A DNA stretch of 20,000 bases from an uncultured virus (IMG/VR IMGVR_UViG_3300027782_000076) (taxonomy: Duplodnaviria; Heunggongvirae; Uroviricota; Caudoviricetes; Crassvirales), in IMG/VR virus record IMGVR_UViG_3300027782_000076. One strand, 5' to 3'. The position numbers and the translations under genes are program-made. The stretch's first letter is position 1. Each line of letters opens with the position of its first letter. The notes beneath the pieces were generated by a model that saw only the letters and a program-made list of their open reading frames with translations, was not told the origin of the DNA and ran no database searches. Positions 14,235-20,000 of the stretch are shown piece by piece.

Positions 14235-14723
14235 ATGGCAACTCAAAAATTACAAGTAGGTAGAGCATTAAAGGTTATTCCAAGTGACTACGCTAATATT
14301 CCATTCCCGGCAGTTATGATTTCAAGTACAGTTACTTCTGTAAGTGGATTTACTTTAACAGATATTACTGCTGAATTTATTGCATTAGGCATTCAGGCGG
14401 GAGACATTCTTTATTCTTATGATGCTAACTATGCTGCAACGGTTGAATCTGTTGAATCTGAAACTACATTAGTATTAAATCTTACTACAGGGTTTCTTCT
14501 TGAGGGTAATGATTATATTGTTTTTAATGGTGAAAATAATAATGGCTGCGTATTATATATTGGTGTAGGACCTACAGCAGGAGCCGGAGACATTGCAATA
14601 ACAACTATTGGTTATGATGAGGTAGTATTAAAAAATGTTGCTCAAGGTCAATTTATCCCTGTGCAGACAATAAAACTATCTGCAGAAGGAACTACTGCAA
14701 CAAACATTTTAGCTCTTTGGTAA
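14235..14723 (+). CDS. Putative virion structural protein (beta-rich)
   Basis: 162 aa; C-terminal LYIG...GD...FIPVQ...GTTATNILALW; lies upstream of the tail fibre. Confidence 0.6.
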   Translation: MATQKLQVGRALKVIPSDYANIPFPAVMISSTVTSVSGFTLTDITAEFIALGIQAGDILYSYDANYAATVESVESETTLVLNLTTGFLLEGNDYIVFNGENNNGCVLYIGVGPTAGAGDIAITTIGYDEVVLKNVAQGQFIPVQTIKLSAEGTTATNILALW

Positions 14724-14797
14724 TATGAACGGCTTAATGATTGCTATAAGTATTTCCATTTCTTGAGGTAATTACATATTAGAATAAACATAAAATT

Positions 14798-17700
14798 ATG
14801 GCGAATAAAAAGTTTTCGCAATTTACAGACGTCATATCAATATCACCAAATATTTTTATTGTTGGATACGACTCTGTATTAAACGACAATATAAGAATAT
14901 TATCTACCGATTTACCTGCAATTATAGGTGCTGTTACAGGCAGTGGTACAGCGGGTAAATTACCAAAATGGCTTACTGCTACTTCTTTAGAAGATTCACT
15001 TATTAGTGATGATGGGATAGAGGTAACAATTGCAGGTTATATTAATGCAACAGCATTTGTAAAGGTTGGCGGTATAGCATCTGAATTTTTAAAGGCAGAC
15101 GGCAGCGTTGACTCAAATGTTTACATTACACTAACATCATTAAGCGCTTCAGCTCCTTTAAGTTATAATAACTTAACAGGTGCATTTTCAATTTCACAAT
15201 CAAGCGGTTCTACGGATGGTTATTTAAGTTCAACGGATTGGACTACCTTTAACAACAAGCAGGTTGCATTAAATGGCACAGGGCTTGTAAAGTCAACTGC
15301 AGGAGTAATTTCGTACATAACGGATAACTCTGCTGATTGGAACACGGCATATAATCAAAGAATTTCAAGTGCTACCTCACCACTAAGTATTGCATTAAAT
15401 ACAATTTCAATTCCTCAGGCAAATGTTTCCACAAATGGATACTTGAGTTTTGTTGATTGGAATACATTTAATAATAAACAGGATGCAGGTAATTACATTA
15501 CCTCGTTAACAGGAGAGGCAACAGGTTCAGGACCGGGAGCAGCTGCAGTAACATTATCAAACTCGGCTGTAATAGTAAAAATATTAACAGGTTTAAGTAT
15601 TACAGGTGGAGCTATTACTTCATCTGATTCAATTATAACGGCATTTGGTAAAGTCCAAAATCAAATAAATGGATTAATAGGTGGAGTTATTTACAAGGGA
15701 ACTTGGAACGCTTTAACCAATACGCCAACGCTAACAAGCTCGGTAGGTACACAAGGTTACTATTACATAGTTAATGTTCCGGGTTCAACAAACCTTAATG
15801 GTATTACGGATTGGAACTTAGGTGATTGGGCTATCTTTAATGGTACCGTTTGGGAGAAGGTTGATAATAGTGAGTCAGTAATTTCGGTGAACGGTTTTAC
15901 AGGAATTGTTTCATTAACTACAACAAATATTCCTGAGGGAACTAATTTATATTATACAGAGTTAAGGGTAGATGCAAACGCACACGTTACAGCTGCCTAT
16001 GATAATAGAATAACAAGTGCTACAGCACCATTAAATATAACATCAAATGTTATTAGTATTTCTCAATCAGGTATTTCTACAAATGGATATTTAAGCTCTA
16101 CTGATTGGAATACGTTTAACAATAAGCAAGTTGCATTAAGCGGGACCGGTCTTGTAAAATCTACCGCAGGAGTAATTTCATATATTACTGACAACTCTGC
16201 AAATTGGAATACTGCTTACGACAATATGATTGTTAGTGCTGCAGTAACGGGAACCACAACAAAGACATTAACATTAACACAACAAGATGGCGGTACTATT
16301 ACTGCTACTTGGAGTGATATTGACACAGGATTAACTTCTGTTGGATTATCTATGCCTGCTGCATTTGTTGTTACAAATAGTCCTTTGACATCAAATGGAA
16401 TACTTGCTGTAACAGCTGCAGGTGTTGCATCTCAATATATTAGAGGAGACGGTACTTTAGCAAACTTCCCTACTTCGGGAGGCGGAGGCGGGGGCGTATC
16501 TTACTACTTAAATGGAGGAACGTCTCAAGGAACAATAGGTGGAAATGCTTATTATCAAATGAGTAAGTCTGCTGTTGTAGGTAGTAATGCAGATTTTACT
16601 ATCAATGCAAATGGCTATATAGCAAACTTTATTACAAATGCAGGAGACCCTGCTTTACTAAACATTCCTGCAGGAAATTGGAACTTTGAAATATTCTTTA
16701 GTGCATCTTCAAATGGAGGTAGCCCAAGTTTTTATGTAGAATTATATAAATACGATGGTGCTACATTTACTTTGATTGCAAGTAACTCTGCTAACCCTGA
16801 AGGAATTACAGGAGGTACGGCAATTGATTTATATACAAGTGCTCTTGCTGTACCTGCAACTACTTTGACATTAACTGATAGATTAGCTATTAGAATTTAT
16901 GTTATACATAGTGGTAGAACAATAACATTACATACTCAAGGGACTCATTTATGTCAAGTTATAACAACATTTAGTGCGGGTATTAGTGCATTAAATGGAT
17001 TAACATCACAAATTCAATATTTTCAAACAGGAACAGTTGGGACAGATTTTAATATAGTTAGTGCAATTGACACTCATACATTTAATTTACCAACTGCAAG
17101 TGCAATTAATCGTGGTGCACTATCAAATACCGATTGGTCGGCATTTAATAGTAAACAAAATGCAATTACGCTTACAGTTATAGGTAATTCAGGTGCTGCT
17201 ACATTTATTGGGAATACATTAAACATTCCTCAATACCAAGCGGCAGGTACTTATATAAATTCTGTTACTGCTTCGTCACCATTATTTTCAAGTGGTGGAT
17301 TAAATCCAAATATTACAATTCAACAAGCAAGTGCTACTCTAAGTGGATATCTAAGTTCAACTGATTGGACTACATTTGATAGTAAACAAGCGGCGGGTAA
17401 TTATATTACAGCGTTAACGGGTGAGGCTACGGCTTCGGGTCCGGGCAGTGCTGCAGTTACGCTTACAAATAATTCTGTAACGGCTAAAATTTTAACGGGA
17501 TTAAATATTACCGGTGGAACGGTTAATGCTACAGACTCAATTGTAACAGCCTTTGGTAAAGTACAAAACCAAATTAATAGTTTAGTTGGTGGTACAATTT
17601 ACAAGGGTGTATGGAATGCATCTACTAATAATCCATTTTTAGCAAGTGGTGTTGGTACACAAGGATGGTACTACATTGTCAATGTTGCAGGTTCTACTAA

Positions 17701-20000
17701 CTTAGACGGAATTACAGATTGGAATATTGGAGATTGGGCAATTTTTGATGGCACTGCTTGGCAACAGGTAGATAACACGGACTCGGTAACTTCGGTTAAC
17801 GGATTTACGGGTGCCGTTTCATTAACAACTTCAAATATTACAGAAGGTACTAATCTTTACTACACAGCTGCAAGATTTAACTCAGCATTTGCTACTAAGA
17901 CCACAACTGACTTAGTAGAGGGTACTAATTTATACTTTACAGATGCAAGAGCAAGAGCGGCAATTTCATTAACAACTCTTGGAACAAGTGGAGCGGCTAC
18001 TTATAATAGTGGTATTTTAAATATCCCACAATATCAAGCAGCTTTAACTGACCCTGTTACAGGTGTTGGTACAACCAATTACGTTGCTAAGTGGACAAGT
18101 GGAACGGCTGTAGGGAACTCTTCAATATACGACAACGGTACGTTTGTTGGCATTGGTTCAACAACAGCATTAGGAGGTAGATTAAACATTACGTTTGATT
18201 CTACAACAGGTGATGCAATTATATTAAAAGATACAAGAGTATCACTTGGTAGTGGTCAATGGAGAATTGGTCCCGGCAGTGGCGTTATAGGTTTTGGAAT
18301 TTATTCTGATTTATTAGGATATAGCCCATTTAAAATTGCAAATTCAGGAGCGGCGACATTTTCGAGTAACATAACAGTAGTAGACCAAGTAAAAATATTT
18401 GATTCAGGATATCCAAGTAGTTATGCAACATCATTAAGAACTACTACAGGAGCTATAGGTATTTTACAACTTGGTAATAACAATGATAATTATATTTTAG
18501 CAGGTAATACAGGCGCAGGTGGATATTTAATTTTTAGAGTTAATTGTTCATCAGAAAGTATAACTTCAGGAGTTGAAGCATTTAGATTAGCGGCAAGTGG
18601 TGCAGCAACATTAAGTTCATTAGCAGGTTCGGGTAGCAGGATGGTTGTGGCGGATGCGTCAGGCGCATTATCTACTCAAGCAATTCCAAGTGGTGCAGTT
18701 GTATCTGTATTCGGTAGAACGGGTGCAGTAATTGCTGTTTCAGGAGATTATACAACAGCTCAGGTAACTGAGAGTGGAAACCTTTACTATACAGAAGCAA
18801 GGGTAGATGCTAACTCTAATGTGGCTGCAAATACTGCTGCAAGGCATAATGCGGTAACTTTAGGAACTGCAAATGGTTTATCTTTATCTACACAGGCATT
18901 ATCTTTAGCTTTAGCAAGTGGTTCAACAACTGGTGCTTTATCTTCTACTGATTGGACAACATTTAATAACAAGCAAAACGCTTTAACAAATCCTATCACA
19001 GGCACAGGTACTACTAATTACTTACCAAAGTTTACAGGAGCAAGTGCTTTAGGAAACTCATTATTATTTGATAATGGAAGTAATGTTTATTTAAACACTA
19101 CAACTGGAAGTTATAGATTTGAGGCAAATGCAGGGTCTTCGCAATATATTAATGCGAGATTTTATGGTTCAAGCCATTCATTAATTCAAGTTGAAAGCAC
19201 AACTGCAGGATTTCAAGCGTTATTATCTTTTTCAAGTCCAACAAGAACTTGGTCATCAGGCTTGCAAGGGGATGGCAGATTTAATATTTATGATAATACT
19301 GCTAACGCTGAAAGATTTACTATCACATCTGCGGGTAATGTTGGAATAGGAATAACTGCACCAAGTGAAAGATTAGAAGTACAAAGCGGTGTTGCGGGTG
19401 CTAAAATAAAAGTAAGTAATTCGGGCGGTGGTTATGCAACTTTAGAATGTTCATCAAATGCTACATCAGTTGCTCAATTAAGTTTTACAAATCAATTAAC
19501 TTTAAGCGGCGGTAATGTTATTTTAAGTAATGGTTTAACGGCAGGAGATTTAATATCAACATCATATGGAACTGCTCGTATTCAAGTAACATCAACCACA
19601 AATAGTGCAAATTCTGCATTAAGGTTTGGTGCTAAAAATGCAAGTGGAACTACTAAAAATGCAGGTTTATATTATGTATCGGGAGCAACAAGTGCAGACA
19701 CATTTATGTCATTTGCAGCAGATGATACCAATTATCAATTTAATTTTTTAGCTAATGGAAATTGTTTAATCGGCACAACCACAGATGCAGGTCAAAAATT
19801 AAGCGTAAATGGCGAAGTAAGTGCGGTAACTCGTTTTAGAATAAATCCAACCACACAATCAAATCAAATTATTGGTGATGGTACTGCTTCAAATTTAGCA
19901 GGTGCAAATAACTTACTATTAAGAAACGATAGTGGTTCTATATTTTTTGCAAGTGGTAGTGCTAATGTTCAAATGCTTTTAAATACAAGCGGAAATCTTC
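14798..20000 (+). CDS. Very long repeat-rich tail fibre / receptor-binding protein, 3' end off-window (>1730 aa)
   Basis: Absent from the ORF track, consistent with no in-window stop. ATG 14798 (MANKKFSQF...) is still in frame at the end (...QMLLNTSGNL). G/T/S/N-rich, with GYLSSTDWTTFNNKQ repeats, YKGTWNA.TN.P modules, EGTNLYYT, VVSVFGRTGAV and ITSAGNVGIG motifs. Confidence 0.9.
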   Translation, partial: MANKKFSQFTDVISISPNIFIVGYDSVLNDNIRILSTDLPAIIGAVTGSGTAGKLPKWLTATSLEDSLISDDGIEVTIAGYINATAFVKVGGIASEFLKADGSVDSNVYITLTSLSASAPLSYNNLTGAFSISQSSGSTDGYLSSTDWTTFNNKQVALNGTGLVKSTAGVISYITDNSADWNTAYNQRISSATSPLSIALNTISIPQANVSTNGYLSFVDWNTFNNKQDAGNYITSLTGEATGSGPGAAAVTLSNSAVIVKILTGLSITGGAITSSDSIITAFGKVQNQINGLIGGVIYKGTWNALTNTPTLTSSVGTQGYYYIVNVPGSTNLNGITDWNLGDWAIFNGTVWEKVDNSESVISVNGFTGIVSLTTTNIPEGTNLYYTELRVDANAHVTAAYDNRITSATAPLNITSNVISISQSGISTNGYLSSTDWNTFNNKQVALSGTGLVKSTAGVISYITDNSANWNTAYDNMIVSAAVTGTTTKTLTLTQQDGGTITATWSDIDTGLTSVGLSMPAAFVVTNSPLTSNGILAVTAAGVASQYIRGDGTLANFPTSGGGGGGVSYYLNGGTSQGTIGGNAYYQMSKSAVVGSNADFTINANGYIANFITNAGDPALLNIPAGNWNFEIFFSASSNGGSPSFYVELYKYDGATFTLIASNSANPEGITGGTAIDLYTSALAVPATTLTLTDRLAIRIYVIHSGRTITLHTQGTHLCQVITTFSAGISALNGLTSQIQYFQTGTVGTDFNIVSAIDTHTFNLPTASAINRGALSNTDWSAFNSKQNAITLTVIGNSGAATFIGNTLNIPQYQAAGTYINSVTASSPLFSSGGLNPNITIQQASATLSGYLSSTDWTTFDSKQAAGNYITALTGEATASGPGSAAVTLTNNSVTAKILTGLNITGGTVNATDSIVTAFGKVQNQINSLVGGTIYKGVWNASTNNPFLASGVGTQGWYYIVNVAGSTNLDGITDWNIGDWAIFDGTAWQQVDNTDSVTSVNGFTGAVSLTTSNITEGTNLYYTAARFNSAFATKTTTDLVEGTNLYFTDARARAAISLTTLGTSGAATYNSGILNIPQYQAALTDPVTGVGTTNYVAKWTSGTAVGNSSIYDNGTFVGIGSTTALGGRLNITFDSTTGDAIILKDTRVSLGSGQWRIGPGSGVIGFGIYSDLLGYSPFKIANSGAATFSSNITVVDQVKIFDSGYPSSYATSLRTTTGAIGILQLGNNNDNYILAGNTGAGGYLIFRVNCSSESITSGVEAFRLAASGAATLSSLAGSGSRMVVADASGALSTQAIPSGAVVSVFGRTGAVIAVSGDYTTAQVTESGNLYYTEARVDANSNVAANTAARHNAVTLGTANGLSLSTQALSLALASGSTTGALSSTDWTTFNNKQNALTNPITGTGTTNYLPKFTGASALGNSLLFDNGSNVYLNTTTGSYRFEANAGSSQYINARFYGSSHSLIQVESTTAGFQALLSFSSPTRTWSSGLQGDGRFNIYDNTANAERFTITSAGNVGIGITAPSERLEVQSGVAGAKIKVSNSGGGYATLECSSNATSVAQLSFTNQLTLSGGNVILSNGLTAGDLISTSYGTARIQVTSTTNSANSALRFGAKNASGTTKNAGLYYVSGATSADTFMSFAADDTNYQFNFLANGNCLIGTTTDAGQKLSVNGEVSAVTRFRINPTTQSNQIIGDGTASNLAGANNLLLRNDSGSIFFASGSANVQMLLNTSGNL
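15485..17866 (+). repeat. About 158-codon module duplicated within the tail fibre (15485-15958 and 17393-17866)
   Basis: Both copies read AGNYIT.LTGEAT.SGPG.AAVTL...AFGKVQNQIN.L.GG.IYKG.WNA.TN.P...GDWAIF.GT.W..VDN...SVNGFTG.VSLTT.NI.EGTNLYYT. Confidence 0.85.

Noticed and set aside
15485..17866. Diversity-generating retroelement TR/VR pair
   Set aside because: Both copies are in frame within one gene, differences are not adenine-specific, and there is no reverse transcriptase in the window.
9088..19005. Minus-strand ORFs 9088-9309, 9358-9576, 11887-12183, 11972-12166, 14046-14246, 18787-19005
   Set aside because: Antisense to well-supported genes (groEL, endonuclease VII, the GLGDT protein, tail fibre).
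18548..19259. Further CTGATGA motifs on the minus strand at 18548-18554 and 19253-19259
   Set aside because: Antisense within the tail fibre CDS; I could not build stems I-III around them.

Overview
A 20-kb fragment of a tailed dsDNA phage genome. The host is very likely Bacteroidota, based on TAnnTTTG promoters, Shine-Dalgarno-less A-rich leaders and signal peptides ending before Gln. The left arm (1-6300, minus strand) holds about 20 small early-type genes and ends in a DnaA domain-IV-like HTH gene and a Sak/DUF1071 single-strand-annealing gene. A non-coding strand-switch region (6300-6800) is followed by mostly plus-strand genes: small basic proteins, an origin-like AT-rich stretch, a spanin-like protein, a phage groEL...groES pair separated by a membrane-protein cassette and an endonuclease VII gene, and a >1730-aa repeat-rich tail fibre that runs off the window. 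The main finding is that the early minus-strand transcript is punctuated by structured RNAs in its intergenic gaps: two type III hammerhead ribozymes with covarying stems (2276-2329 and 5486-5538), each preceded by a hairpin and sitting about 22-25 nt upstream of a start codon, plus an armless tRNA-like element (3567-3610). Together they suggest a phage mRNA self-processing system. All protein calls come from motif recognition by eye; no searches were run.
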